Source of the DNA: Flaccisagitta enflata
Taxonomy: Eukaryota
Direction: 5' to 3'
Length of the DNA: 64,000 nt
Assembly: GCA_965153355.1 (NCBI GenBank)
Contig: OZ231126.1
Coordinates: 20,088,001-20,152,000 of the forward strand
The notes below the pieces were generated by a model. It saw only the letters and a program-made list of their open reading frames with translations. It was not told where the DNA came from and searched no databases. The position numbers were made by a program, and so were the translations under genes. Of this stretch, positions 46,517 through 61,081 are shown piece by piece; position 1 is the first letter of the stretch, and each line of letters starts with the position of its first letter.

Positions 46517-49232
46517 CACCCTGTTAATCCATCTGGTAAAAGATTTACGGCAAAGACACCTCTCACAACCACTTCCTCATGCTCAGTAACTGCGTGGAGA
46601 TTTCCGATAAAATACGGGTAAAAAAATTCGCTTACAAACTTTTCTTCCAACACCCCTTTTGTCATAGGTTGTAAGTACAGGCCACATAATGCAATTTCCA
46701 CTAGATAAGGTAACTTCTAAAGCCTTTATCTCCTAAACGAATTGAGCAAATGACCTCAATTTAGGCTCATTTTAAAGAAGTTTGTCTGCTCTTTAAAATG
46801 AGCCCAAATTGAGGTCATTTGCTCCATTCGTTTAGGAGCAACAGTCTTCCAAAGTTGATGTTATTTTCAGAAAAATGGCAAAGACCCTTGCTAGTTTGAG
46901 AGTTTGTATCTCTGAGACAAATTGAGCAAATGATCTAAACTTGGGCTTTTTTTAAAGAGCTGACAAAGCTTTAGAAAACGAGCTCAAGTACAACTTAAAG
47001 AGCGTGTATCTCTCAAACAAATAGAGCTAAAGACCTCAACTTAAGCATTAAAATGAGTTCAAATTGAGATAATTTGCTCTATTTGTTTAGGAGCAACCAT
47101 CTTTTAAAGTTGATGTCATTTTCAGAAATATGCAATGATGCTCAAAATCATGGAAGCTTTTATTTTCAGTCTGTCTGTCTGTCCATCTCTATGTAAGCCC
47201 CCCCCCCTGATGCCTTTCCAGCCCAAATCTGGCTTTCTGGGCCCCTAAGGGGAGGAAGTCCTGTAGAACACAGGGGGACTTTTGTTTGTCCATTCGTTTG
47301 TTTGTCCATTCGTCCCCCCCTCATAGGACCTCAAATCTGGCCTCGGTGACCTAAAATCTGGCTTCTGTGACCTAAAATCTGGCCTCTCAGGCCTCAAATT
47401 CAGCCTATCAGGCCTCAAATCCAGCCTCTCAGGCCTCAAATCCAGCCTCTCAGGCCTCAAATCCTGCCTCCCAGGCCTCAAATCCAATCTATCAGGCCTC
47501 AAACTTGGCCTCTCAGGCCTCAAATTAGGCTTCTCAGGCCTCAACTTAGGCTTCTCAGGTCTCAAATCCAAATTCTCAGGCCTCAAACCTGGCCTCTCAG
47601 GCCTCAAACTAGGCCTTTAAGGCCTCAAATTAGCCATCTAAGCCTCAATTTATTGCTCTCAGGCTTCAAATCAATCCTCTGACCTTTCAAGCCTAAATCT
47701 AGCTCTCTTCAGCCTCAAGTCGGCCCTCCGAAGCTTTAGATTGGCATTCTCAGGCTTTTGAAGGCCTTCAGTCAGCCCTCTATAGCATCTCATCCACTTC
47801 TTCAGGCAGGATGAACGAAAGTTCCCCTGTGTTCTACAAGACTTCATCTCCTTCGGGGCCGCTGCCTTGCTTCCCCTCACTCAAATTCACAATCACTCAA
47901 AGCAGGGCAACGGGTATTGCTGACCAGTCTTTTGGACTAAAACAAGTGACGCGGGATTATAATCTTGTTGCGGACAGGTGGGCAGCGGCATCCACACCCC
48001 CCATCCACACCCCAAACCCTATCCCACACACACAAACATACACAATTGTATCTAAAACACTTGTTATCCCACTTTTCAACTTGATGACCCCACACCAACG
48101 GACCAACAGACTGACAGACAAAGCCTCAAGATCATAAGGTTGCCTGTCCACAATTAAAAAAAGCCTCCCAAACTTCTTATCAGGCGTTTAAGACCTCATA
48201 TTATTCATTTATGACCTCATATCAGGCTTTGTCAGCCTCATCAATGAGTGGCTAGTTGATGCAATTCGCAAATTTGCCCATCTATCAATTTTCCTTCACG
48301 ACTAACCAACTAACCAATCAAGTGACAAAGTCTCTTTTTGATGTGCGTTGGCGCACATAAAAATCTTTCAAAATTTTTTTGATTGCGTCCATGTGACTAA
48401 CCAACCTGCTTTGTCCATCCATACATCCATCTGTCTATCTATCCATCCATCGATCGGTCAAGCTATACTTTTTTTGTTTCTTTTTGGCGTTTATGGGTGG
48501 TTATTACAATACTGCTGCCACCCACCAGCACGCAACTTAGCATTTTCTGAAAATAACTTTAACATTGAAAGACAGTTGCTCCTAAATGAATTAAGCATAT
48601 GTCCTCAATTTGAGCTAATTTTTAAGAGCACTGTCTGTTCTTTAAAATGAGCCCATGTTGAGGTCTTAAGCTCTGTTTGTTTAAGAGATGCAAGCTCTTT
48701 AAGTTGTAAGGGTCTTAGCCATTTTTCTGAAAATAACGAATTGAGCAAATGACCTAAACTTATTTTACGATTTAAAGAGCTCTGTCTGTTCTTTATAATG
48801 AGCCCAAGTTGAGTTCATTTGCTCATTATGTTGAAGAGATGCCTACTCTCAAAGTAGTATGGGTCTTTGCCATTTTTCTGAAAATTACATCAACTTTGGA
48901 AGACTCTTGCTCCTAGATGAATTGAGCAAATGATCTCAACTTGGGCTCATTTTAAAGAGTTTTGTTTGCTCTTTAAAATGAGCCCAAGTTGAGGTAATTT
49001 GCTCAATTCGTTCAGGAGATATAAGCTTAAGAAGTTACCTTATCTTATGGAAATTGCTTCATGTGGCCTGTACTTACAACCCATAACAAATGGGGCGTTG
49101 GAGGAAAAGTTTGTAAGGGAATTTTTTTGCCCCTATTTTATCGTTAGTCTTCATGCAATAACTGAACACGGGGAAGTGGTTTTGAAAGGTGTCTTTGCCG
49201 CAAATCTTTTACCAGATGGAATTAACAGGGTG
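46517..49232. mobile_element. long-TIR non-autonomous element with CAC ends (Chapaev-like)
   Basis: CACCCTGTTAAT/ATTAACAGGGTG, with arms similar for >350 bp. Flanks TTAC/ATAC match 3 of 4. Confidence 0.7.
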
Positions 49233-49394
49233 ATACCTTTTTCTTCCAATTTTTTAAAGAAAAATGTTTGTGAAACATCATAATGAGTAATGCTGAAGAC
49301 TTGTGAATACCACAGTTTTATTCAGCGCCCTCACTTTAGTCAAATTGCAAAAAATCTTTTTCGAGTGAGCTTTTTTACCCCCGCTGATATCGCC

Positions 49395-50445
49395 GCCTAT
49401 GATAGGGGCCGACTTGTTGATAGGGGCCGACTTGACAATAGGGGTCGACTTGTTGATAGGGGCCGACTTGACAATAGGGGCCGACTTGACGATAGATAGG
49501 GGCCGACTCGTCAATAGGGCCGACTCAATAAGGGCCAACTTGACATAGGGGCCGACTTGACATTAGGGGCCAACTTGACAATAGGGGCCGACTTGACAAT
49601 AGGGGCGACTTGACAATAGGGGCCGACTTGACGATAGGGGCAGACTTGACAATAGGGGCAGACTTGACAATAGGGGCCGACTTGACAATAGGGGCCGACT
49701 TGACAATAGGGGCCTTGACAATTGACAATAGGGGCAACTTGACAATAGGGGCAGACTTGACGATAGGGGCCAACTTGACTATAGGGGCAGACGTGACGAT
49801 AGGGGCAGACTTGACGATATGGGCCGACTTGACGAAAGCGGCCGACTCGACAATAGGTGCCGACTTGACAATAGGCGCCGACTCAACGATAGGGGCCAAC
49901 TGGACAATAGGGTCGACTCTACAATAGGGGTTGACTCGACAATAGGGGCCAACTTGACAATAATGGCTGACTCAATGATAGGGACCAACTCGATGATAAG
50001 GGCCAACTCGACCATAGGGGCCGACTCGCTTATAAGGGCTGACTCAACCATAAGGGGCCAACTTGATGATAGAGGCTGACTCTACAGTAGCGGCCAACTC
50101 GTTGATAGGGGCCAACTTGACAATAGGGGCTGACTTGACCATAGGGGTTGACTGAACAATCGGGGCTGACTTAACAATAGGGGCCGACTTGACAATAGGG
50201 GCCGACTTGAATACAGGGGCCGACTTGATGATAGGGGCTGACTTGACGATAGGGGCCGACTTGACAATAGGGGCCAACTCGATGATAGGGGTCGACTTTA
50301 CAATAGGGGTTGACTCGACAATAGGGGTTGACTCGACGATAGGGGCCAACTCAACACTAGGGGCCGACTTGACAATAGGGCCAACTAGACGATAGGGACG
50401 GATTTTGCAATACGGGCCGACTCCACTAAATGGGCTAACTTGAGC
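49395..50445. repeat. 18-bp minisatellite GACAATAGGGGCCGACTT, same family as 45630-45985
   Basis: Direct periodicity of 18. Confidence 0.95.
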
Positions 50446-51635
50446 GACACGACAACATGGGGCGCCTGTACAGAAAGGGGCGAATATACAAAAAGACCAA
50501 TGGCAGCTTTAATAGGCCAATGGCAGCCTGGATGGGTGGGCCGGAGCGAAGAATCTGAAAAAGTGACTTTGGGATGGACGGCAGGACAGACGGACATACA
50601 CACACAGTTACACACACACACATATACACATACACACATAAAGGCGGAAATGCGACAAGGGAAACCAACATACCAACATTTTCATCCACTTTTTTATCAT
50701 CTTTTTTTTAGCTTATAACTCAGTTGTTTTTCAAAGGATTTGCAGAAAATTGGTGACGGTTAGAAAGATCTTGAAAAGATCTTTAAAATGGGACCAATCT
50801 GGCATTTATAGCTTCATCCGTTTAAAAGATACAAGCAAAACAAGATTGACTGTCTAAAAAATGGGAAAATTCTATGACCTGTACCCCATGAAGGTCAAAC
50901 GCAGTTTTACGCAAAATCTGGCCTCAGGAACATTTGAAAACTGGTGAATTCTCTCTATCATACCAATATGCTATATAAAACTGCAAAACATCTATCAGCA
51001 CTGTTGATATCAACCCCAAATTGGTGAAAACATATGTGTGTGACGATAATTATGAGACAGATGTTAGAGACCTGGGGTTGATCTAGAATGAAAGAAAATT
51101 CAAAAATCTTTAAAATCAGTTGAACAAAAAAAATTTGAATTCCACTCTTCCACTCCGCTTCAATAGGGTGCGGGTTTTTTTTTTATTCGCGTAGTATTTA
51201 CGGCAGCATTAGTCGCAGACGGGTGGGCAGGAGCGGAAAACCTTGAAAAGCAACTGTTTCACGGACGGACCGATTGACCAACCAACCAAACGAACGAAAA
51301 GTGTCTTATAGAGTCGCGTGTGCGCAACTAAAAAAGAAGAAAGAAAGGGAGAAGCAAAAGAAGAAGTATAAATGAAAGAAAAAGAATAAGGCGCAGGCGC
51401 ACATATGTGCACACACACGCGCGCGAGCACACACACACACACACGCACACACACACACACGTGGTCGAGATAACATAACATTAGGGTTGAGTAGTAATGT
51501 TGTCCAACTTTCATATACACTTTATTTTTTATAAGAACCTCACTTTTTTTCTGAAGCCTTCAAAAGAGATAGAGATAGCTACTAGTAAAATAACTACAAC
51601 GTTCTTAATTTTTGAACAATTTCAAGGCTTGATCT

Positions 51636-51734
<99 letters not shown>

Positions 51735-52430
51735 TGTATACCCGTGTAAGTCAGGAAATAGTGTATAAATGTCCGTTTCAACTCATTCAATCAGTTGGTT
51801 GAAATGGGACCCTCACTTTCACACAGCATCAAGGTAGCGATCGACACAGATTTATCTCAGCGTCAGTCAATGATGAAGAGCCTAAAATTGCCAGCGTTTG
51901 GTAAAATTCTCCCAAGAAAATGATTTTTAGACATTCTAGAATTTAACGACGATTAAATCGAGCGAAAACAGGCTGTGAGAAATAAAAAGAAAAACAAAAT
52001 CAGCGTTCAAAAAGTCGGACCTATCCGGGAAATGTCGTCTGAACATTGTACAAAGGATATTAAAGGCTCGTCAACGAAGATGAACGCATCGTCGGCCCGG
52101 ATCGGCTCAGTAGCAGATGGCAACAATTTCAGGAAAAAATACTTCTCGACGTGTTTGAAAAGCAATCAATAGTTCACGATAACAAGCACAAAAAGTAAGC
52201 TATATACCACCAGATTTCGTTGTGAAGCGTGTTCACATTGAGGGATAACGGGATAAGGAAAGTTACGTAAAATCTTAACTTGGGCCTAGTTTGCGGCATA
52301 TATCTCATATAGCCTAATGAGCTCTTGCGTGGTGACTAGGGGTTGTATAACGATACTGAGGATATATCTTTTACATTGCCAAGTACAAAACCGTGGATTC
52401 TGGAGGACCTCCTTTGGTGACATCATAGTG

Positions 52431-53031
52431 TATCGGACGCAAAAGGGAACACGTATGAGGAGAAGTCGAAGGACGTAGGCCTAATGTAGGCCTAACGTAG
52501 GCCTAACGTAGGCCTAACGTAGGCCTAACGTAGGCCTAACGTAGGCCTAACGTAGGCCTAACGGAGAGAAGAGAAAGAGGCGACGCAATAGAGGCATTCA
52601 AGACGCTGAATGGCTTCAATCACGTGGACAAGAATCGATGGTTTGACATAGAGACGGAGGAGAAAAGACCAACAAGACAGAATGTGATGATCACCGAGGA
52701 AGGAGAGAAACGAAAAAACAATGTGCTAAGAGTAGAGACTGCTCGACTAGAAATCAGAAAGAATTTCTTTAATATAAGGGCGGCAAATGTCTGGAATAAA
52801 ATTCCAGACGAAGTGAGAGAAAAGAAGACTGTGAACGGATTCAAAGCGGCGTATGATGGGTGGAAAAGTGGAAATCCAAAAGGAGTATAGTAGCACGGAG
52901 ACAAAAAAAAACTCAAAAAAGATGAGAAGAGAAAAAGCTACTATACACACGGATGAATGCGTCACGAGGCCCCCGCAATGCAAACAGGAGTTCGCCTAGG
53001 GGCGCTAAAGCCTTACCTAACTTACCTTACC
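52431..53031 (+). mobile_element. CR1 piece 3: ORF2 C-terminus, 3'UTR and (CTTAC)n-like tail
   Basis: SDAKGNTYEE...ERRERGDAIEAFKTLNG...RKNFFNIRAANVWNKIP...VNGFK, then tail CCTTACCTAACTTACCTTACC. Confidence 0.9.
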
Positions 53032-53528
53032 AAGTCAAAGCTAAGAGATGCCTCTTCTAATCAAAAGTCCCCTGAGGCCTCTCAGGCCCTAAGCCCTTAA
53101 AGATTCTGAATCAGCCCTCTGAGACCCAAAATCAGCTCTCTACTCTCTTTGGCCAGATAAGTACCCTGTGAGAACTCAAATTTGCCCTTTCAGACCTCAT
53201 CTGCTCTCATCCTTGACCTCAAATAATCTCCCTGAACCATCAAATCAGCCCCTGAATGCCTATTTTCTGGACTCAAGCAATCAAGCCATTGAAGCCCTAA
53301 ATCAGCTCTCAGAGACCTCAAATGTGCCATTTTCCATGTGCCGTTTTAGAACATTTGGCAATTAATCCGTGTTCTATATACAGGATATCGACCCTTTGGA
53401 GCTGCTACCCTACTCCCACTCTAGTTCTTTAGCTGATCATTTCAAGCAAGGCATCGGGTACCGCTTACCATTTGCAATCCTTGGATGACTAGATGTTTTT
53501 GTTGTTGTAGTGTTTGTTTTTTGTTCTA

Positions 53529-53559
<31 letters not shown>

Positions 53560-53666
53560 TTTTTCTTTTTTTCTTTTTTTCTTTTTTTTTTTGTTATTTT
53601 GAGGCTTTGGCTGACAAGACTGAACTTAGTCAAAGTACATTTTCAAACTTAAATGTATTTTTAAAG

Positions 53667-55370
53667 GCTGTGGTGGAAAAGGTTGCACTTGGACTATCTG
53701 CAAGGAACGAAATCACCAATGCAGTAACAAACCTCGCATGAGAACAGTTCACAATTACAAATGCACGAGTCCTTGTCGATCTGATGGTGGTAATGAAAAA
53801 GGCTACAGCTGGTGCTGGGTTAAGCCAAATCAAAAGGCGTGGGATTATTGTTGCTATACGGGTAAGAATAGACATTATGAAATCGGCATTTTTACGGACA
53901 ACTTTATACGATGGATGAAGAATGAGGGAAGAAATGTAACAGATTCATGAAATATTCATATATCCTCTGTTACTCTCCTCTATTTCCACGATTTTTCACC
54001 GTTTTTGAGCAGCGGCCCCAAACGGCCAATGTCCTGTAGGACACAGGGGTGAATTTCCATATATCCATACATCCATCCATCCCCCCCCCCCCGAGCTTCT
54101 CTAGCCTCAAATTCTCATTGAATAACATGGGAAATTGATTAAATGCAAGGTTCTCATTGAATAAAATGGAAAATTGATGAAGAATGAAAAAAATATAAAA
54201 TTCCCATTGAACATGGCAATTGATGAGAAAGTGAAAAAAAATGAAAAACCCCTATTGAATATCATGGAAAATTGCTCCAAAGGCCTCACATATGCCCTCT
54301 CGGGACCTATGAAAATTCACCCGTGTCCTACAGGACATCGGCCCTTTGAGGCCGCTGCCCTGCTCTCACTCTACTTCTTCAGCTATCCAAGCGGGGCATC
54401 GGGTACCGCTGACCATGTGCGATCCTTGGATGACTTTTTTTTTCTACATTTATGAGCCACAATTAATGGGTGCAGACGTCATTAAAACGCCATTTAAACG
54501 TCATTTAAACGTTGCCTCCGCGTATCATTTGATCTGATCATCTACTCTGTTTACCATATTCTTTTTTTAGGTGCGCCTATCCGGTCGTGTCTGTCCGTCA
54601 GTCAGTCAGTCTCGCCGTCACGCGGACATTTGATGATCCGCAAGGCGCACCTACTTGGCCTACTTGGCCTTGTTTTTATATTGGAATGCTCTCAATATTT
54701 TCTGCCTCAGGTGATAAGTGCGGCGTGGTGAGAAAAGCTGACCAAGAAAGCGGAAAAGACATGTGCTACACCAAAGCTGAACAAAAATGGCCGATGCAAT
54801 GCAAAGAGAAAAACGCGGCAGTTCCCTTGCCAGTTGATTATGAATCGCCCTCAGCGCCTTGGGAGAAGGGGACAATTTTTCGTGAGTAATATGAAAATAC
54901 TTTGGGAAGAGGATAAAACTATTGTCCATGACTCTTTAAAATTAAATTCTGTTTCTTTAAAATCCCTAATTTCATTCCTTCATTCATCGATTCATTCATT
55001 AATTCATTTATTTATTCATTCATTCATTTATTCAATCATTTTTTTCTCATTTTTGAGGGTGAGGGGCTTGTCGGAATCTTTTCATCAACTTCTTTTATCC
55101 AATTCCTTTTACTTTTTCCTACTCACATTGTTGCACTTCTGACTTCATTCAGGTTTGAGTCTTGGCCTAGGACTATCCGGTCTCTTCCTTATCATTGTTT
55201 ATTTTGTTGCAAGAAAGGTTGCTTTTGACAAAAGAAAACCAAATGCGGCGTCGAGGCCAAGGCCAAAGGCGAAGCAACAGTCACAGTCAAACTCAAAGCC
55301 AAAGCCAAAGGCAAAGCAACAGTTAAACTCAGAGCCTAAGGCAGAGCCACGAATATCAAGATCCACGTAG
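53667..55370 (+). CDS. Cys-rich membrane protein, 3' part (module 2, TM helix, basic tail)
   Basis: Phase-1 exons 53667-53861, 54711-54881 and 55153-55370 give CGGKGCTWTICKERNHQCSNKPRMRTVHNYKCTSPC...YSWCWVKPNQKAWDYCCYTGDKCG...LSLGLGLSGLFLIIVYFVARK... Confidence 0.82.
54005..54435 (+). mobile_element. asymmetric inverted-repeat element family copy (others at ~15065-15432, 23742-24036 + 53041-53492, 43393-43920, 47263-47935)
   Basis: GCAGCGGCCCC..TGTCCTGTAGGACAC arm, its inverse, then a one-sided tail GGCATCGGGTACCGCTGACCATGTGCGATCCTTGGATGACT. Confidence 0.8.
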
Positions 55371-56358
55371 GGCGAAAAAGTGCTTACAAATCTCAACTAA
55401 TTAGCGTCTTCCTCAAAAGGAGTCTCTGTATTCAAAGTGACTGTTAAACAGAGATGCAGAAGCGGGAGATTTTAAAACCACTCTCGCTTTCGCTTCCATC
55501 ACAGACGATTGAAATGTGATGACTTCTGTTTCCACTTCCGCTTTAAAAGCGTATCTTCTATCTCCGCTTTCGCTTTCGCCAATGCAGAGGGCGAAGCTTC
55601 TGTTTCCGCTGCCGCTTCCACTTTTGCTTCCGCTTTCCCTTCCCTTCAACACTGCTGATTGCGTCATGCGTCACAGACTTACCCTCGTTTCAGCCTATTT
55701 TTTCATCCCAGCAAAAAAAAGGGAAGGGAGGACAGAAAAAAGAGAAGAAAGGAAGAAAGCGGAAAAAGCAATATTATGAGAAATTTTCTTATATACAGAT
55801 TTAATCATTATTAAGGTCCATGATAAACGGTCGGGGCACTCTTTCATACATGATGGGCATAGTTCAAGGTTGAATCATTGAAACTGGTTTTGAATTGTGC
55901 GGAAAACAGTGATGGTTCCTCTCTTTTAAAAACTACAAAAACATCAAAATTCAAAAAGATGGGGCTTATATAGCTCGAGCCCTTTTCGGAAGCTTTCTGC
56001 AGCTAAAGCCTTTGTTTTCATGAGAAAAACAGCACTCGAAATTTGTTTCTTTTTCATTGTACACCGATAAACTTTAAAATAGAAAAGAAGAAATGTCACT
56101 ATGATAGCTTGGTTACATATGATGGGAGCATTCTGACAAGTGTTATCCCGCTGATCATGAGCAATCCATGGATGGATGGTTTATTGATGCTTTTCAAGCG
56201 TTTTTGTTGTGTTTATTTTCGCTGCGCTAACTATGATACATTGATACTATACTTAAAAATTAAATTGTTATGAATGAAATTTTTACTAATAAAGCACTTT
56301 CAAGAAAGAGACAGGGAATAGCTATCAAGAACGACAGTTAGTAATTGTTCCTCCAGAT

Positions 56359-57397
56359 TTAGAGCTGGTAGTCTTGGCCTTCAGGTGCAGGAGGAAGGCA
56401 ACAGCAGCCAACGCCTGTCAAATCTTGCTCCAAGTAAACATGTCGCCATTCAGAGTACCACCTATACAAAGAAGTATGGCGCGGGATTAAATCTCAAGTA
56501 TCATGTGTAGAAATGGATGAGATGGTGCGTGATTCAAACTCAAGCATTATGAGTAGAATTGGATGAGAAGTCCTTCAATTCAAGCCTCAAGAAACAAGGC
56601 CAAGTAGGCCAATAAGGTGCGACGTGTGGATCGTCGAACGAATGCGTTACCCGACCGACCGACAGACCAACGGACACAGCCAATTATAGAGGTGCTCTGT
56701 CGCACCTAAAGATCCATTTGAAAAATTATGAAAGGATGTCTGTACTGCGGTTGTCGTTCGTTGTCATTGTCGTTATCGTTGTCGTCATCGTTGATTTCAT
56801 TACAGTCATTATTGTTGTTTCAACGAGAAAGTGTACTTAAAAACACTGAATAGAATCGCTATTTGCTTATGAGTAATAAGTCGTGACAATTGGTCTGTCG
56901 CCCTGAAGCCCCCCACCGTCCTTATCGACGTTCTAGTGATTTGACCTGTTGAAGAAGAAATCATAGACTTCGACTATTGGAATGGTGGTGCCTTCGTAAG
57001 TGTTAAATCCACCCACGTAGAAGACCCGACCCTCGTGTTCGGCAGATGCCATATCATGACGAGGGACTGCCGAGAGTATGTATCGAGCCATGTGCGTTAT
57101 GTGATTGCCTTCAAATGAGTGCCTGTCTGTGTGTTCTGGCGTTCGTATTACAGCTTGTGAGAGTTTGCCTTTTGTTCGTTAAAGCTTGTGTGATTGCGCG
57201 ATAGCGTGTTAACAAATATCACAAGGATGTGCATGGGTGAGTGTAAACTGTGTAGCCACATCCACGCGTCTTTTCTTTAACTTCCTGTCTAAATTTCTTT
57301 CTTATCTTCTTTCTCTCTTGCTTGCTTGCTTGCTTGCTTGCTTTCTTGCTTGCTTGCTTTCTCCTTTCTTTCTTGCTTGCTTGCTTGCTTGCTTTCT

Positions 57398-57473
<76 letters not shown>

Positions 57474-57477
57474 GTTT

Positions 57478-57556
<79 letters not shown>

Positions 57557-57618
57557 CTCTTTCTTTCGGTCCTTATTTCTTTCCTTCCTTCATTCTTTCT
57601 TTCTTTCTTTCTTTCTTC

Positions 57619-57669
<51 letters not shown>

Positions 57670-57865
57670 TATTACGCAATTCAACCACAAACGCGCAATC
57701 ATGATGGCTACCTATCATGCTGGCTATCCTGATCCAATGTCCGATTGTAGAGTGGTACATGTCCACGTCCGAGGTGGAAACAGGAGTCGGCATTCCGGCG
57801 TCTGAAACTACGCACATCCCACCTGCACAGTAGCAAAGAAGTGTCTCTCTCTCTCTCTCACTCAC

Positions 57866-57950
<85 letters not shown>

Positions 57951-58656
57951 GTTTGTTTACAAACATTCCACGACTCTCAACAGGAATGAGCCCATTTTGA
58001 TGAGGCCAGATGCATAACATACCAGCAAGAATCAGACAATCGTCGATGCATTCGAGAGAAGAGTAACTTCGACAGAATCGGAGATCAACACCTGTCGGTA
58101 ATGAAGGGACTTGATATCAAAACCCCCGTCTTACAAATACAGCACCAACGACAACAACAAACCGAGCAACCTCACAAGAACGACTAGATAGAGCTTACAG
58201 GCTTACAGCAACCTCAACAAAAAAAAAAACAACGACAATAACAACAACGACAATAACAACAACAACAGAAACAAAAAAAGTAACGATTACGGCAAACGTA
58301 ACCAACAAACGAAACCAACGGTACCAACCATTTCTCTTAATCCCACCACCAACCTTTACTCCAAACGTCTTTACATGGGTCGTAGACTTCGACTGTCTTC
58401 ATGTTTTTGCATCCGGAAGCGATTCCTCCCGCTACCACGACGGTGCCTTTACAAGCCGCTGCCGCCGCAGCCGCCCGCCGTTCCCGCATCGCGTGCGTGT
58501 ACAACCAACGATCTTCTGCCGTGCTGTAAATCTCCGCCTCTTTTAAAGGTTGTCCGTCTGGACCGAAACCGCCAACAGCGTAAATGTAACCGTCCAGGTG
58601 ACAGCAAGAAAAGTCTGTGCGCTTGCTTTGGAGGGATTTGAGAATGTAAGACGTTG

Positions 58657-58723
<67 letters not shown>

Positions 58724-60293
58724 GCTCAGACAATTCATAATCTTTTTGTTTGCCGAGAAATATTATTGTTTTTTGCTGTTATTGTTGTTGTTGGTATTGT
58801 TGTTTGTGTTGTTGGTGGTGGTAGCGGGCTGGTCAGACATACAGAATTTGGAATAAGATGAAGTGAGAAGCGCCGATCTCCGGAGGGGCAGAAAAATTGT
58901 CGGAAAATCTTGGAAGAGAAAGACTGGGTGCGAGAGAGACGAGCAAGGCCGTATACACTTCCCTCCCAGTCGCGTTCGCAGTCGCGGTCGCGCGGACAGA
59001 TGGGCAGGAACGGAATGGCGAAAAAACGTTCACAATTAGTCATGGTTACGGACGGAAGGACGGACGAACCAACCTACAGACACAGCAACTTCTAGCCTCG
59101 CGTCTTCTCGACAAAGAATTGGAAAGGATGCCGGATGCAGGACGGGATGAAGAAATTGGATAAATAACAAGTGACGCTGGGTCACAATATTGTTGCGGAC
59201 GGTTGGGCAGGGGTATCCAACCCCCATCCACACCCCATGCCCCCCCCACCAACACACATACCTAAAAAAAAACATCTAAACCGCTCGTTTTTCCTTTTTT
59301 CGACTTGTGGGTTACGGATGGACGGACCGACGGACCGAACGACACGGCAAGGTGTAGAGTCGCGTGTCCGCGACTAAAAATGAAGGGCAGTCAGAAATGA
59401 TCAAAAAGAGCACAAAAAATCAAACGGCTGTGAGTTGGATAGAAATCGAAGCAATATCTGCATCAATAACTTAAATTGCATAATGCAGTTTTAAGATTTG
59501 TTTCTTGAATTGACAAACATTCGAGTTAAAGTCATATGAAAGTGAAGCTTTGTATTGAAAATGTGATGTTTCAGTGATATATAGCGATATTACCAACATT
59601 TAAAAGATGCGAAATACATCACTTATGTTTTATGCACTGTGCAGTCTTTAAAAAAGATGATTGCAAAGCATTTTATAAAAAGAGAAAAAAACATTGCATT
59701 GAGAAATAGTTTGAAGAATTTTGACCCGTCGGCCGTCACCTGCTGCTTAACACCAGTGAAAGTAGCTCGTTAAATCCTGACGTTGAGCTAGGTCAAGTGA
59801 ATCGGGACTTAACGTCATATTGCTGTGAATCATGTCTGGAAATTTGTGCTACTCAGCATAGTAGTTTGAATAATCTGTATGACCGGTGGTGGTTAGACTA
59901 ACGTCACCAAGATTCATTCAAATCCTTACTTCTTCATATTGGCGCAAGAGTGCCAATTTCCGGTGAGCACGTTGAACTTGAAGACTTTGTTGCTGCAGTG
60001 AGATTTAGGATCGCAGGGGTCGACGCCGCCGATGATGTAAATCTCCGTTTCCACGCGAACGACGCAGCAATGATGGCGAGGCTTGGGCAAGTTGGGAGCC
60101 GCCGTCCACTGCTTTAGGCGACCATTGAACGCGTTCATGGAACACGCGAACCAATAATCTTCCGGTCTGTTATGAAGGAATAACACTCATTATCGGAGAA
60201 AAGTGTTTTGGAATCGTTCATTGAAGGCCTCTTGATCTATTTCAATTAACTCGGGACTCGTTCTGAGTTGACAGCAGCGACAACATGGACAGC

Positions 60294-60391
<98 letters not shown>

Positions 60392-61037
60392 CGTCTTACT
60401 TGGACGGTAGATATCCTCCTGCAACAACTAGAAGTGGAAACAGTTCATCCTCGAAGGTTTCGGCGATCGAATCTGGGATGATCCTCGAAGGGGCGTAAGG
60501 AAACACGTGCATGTCACCTTCGCGAAACACTTTGGGAATCTTGGAGTTCTCATCTTGCCCAGCGCCTTCAGACCCTTCAATGGATTGAAAATGTGTGAAT
60601 GTGTGTTATTGTTAATGTTCCTTCTTTCTTTGTGTGTCAGTCTGTCTGTCTTTATGTTTGTCTGGCTGTATACCTGTCTTACTGTCTGTCTGTTTGTGGC
60701 TTGGCAGCAATCATCGAGTCTTCCATTTGAAATATAACTGCGTTTTAGACAGTTTGTCGCCATTGGTTAAATGACGACGCTGAAACCTTGTGGCGCTGCT
60801 GTCGCCGGATTTTCCTCTTGAGGCGCCACTTCCGCTACGGTCGCCGGCGTTTGTTCGAAAGCGCGTTTGGTCTCTTTCGTTTCGTGGAACTCGTTGAGCA
60901 GTTCGGCGAATCTCATCTCCAAAGCGTCCAACCTTTTGTCCGCTTCCGGATATCCCGTGTTGGCGGTCGGCTTGGCAACAAGAAAAGAGTCACATCGGTA
61001 ATATGAAAAGCGGGCATTCAATTCATCATACACTGAC

Positions 61038-61081
<44 letters not shown>

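Larger units (their letters stand above)
42363..52430. mobile_element. Transib/RAG-like element (10 kb) carrying gene fragments and nested repeats
   Basis: 15-bp TIR CACCATGATGTCACC vs CACTATGATGTCACC. 5-bp TSD TATCG at 42358-42362 and 52431-52435. CR1 ORF2 resumes in register after it. Confidence 0.9.

Noticed and set aside
45481-50395. Repetitive ORFs (VESAPM / TIGADL)n
   Set aside because: These are translations of the 18-bp minisatellite, open on both strands and broken by indels.
57237-57865. Hydrophobic or charged ORFs from (CTTT)n, (GA)n and (CA)n tracts here and elsewhere
   Set aside because: Microsatellite translation artefacts.
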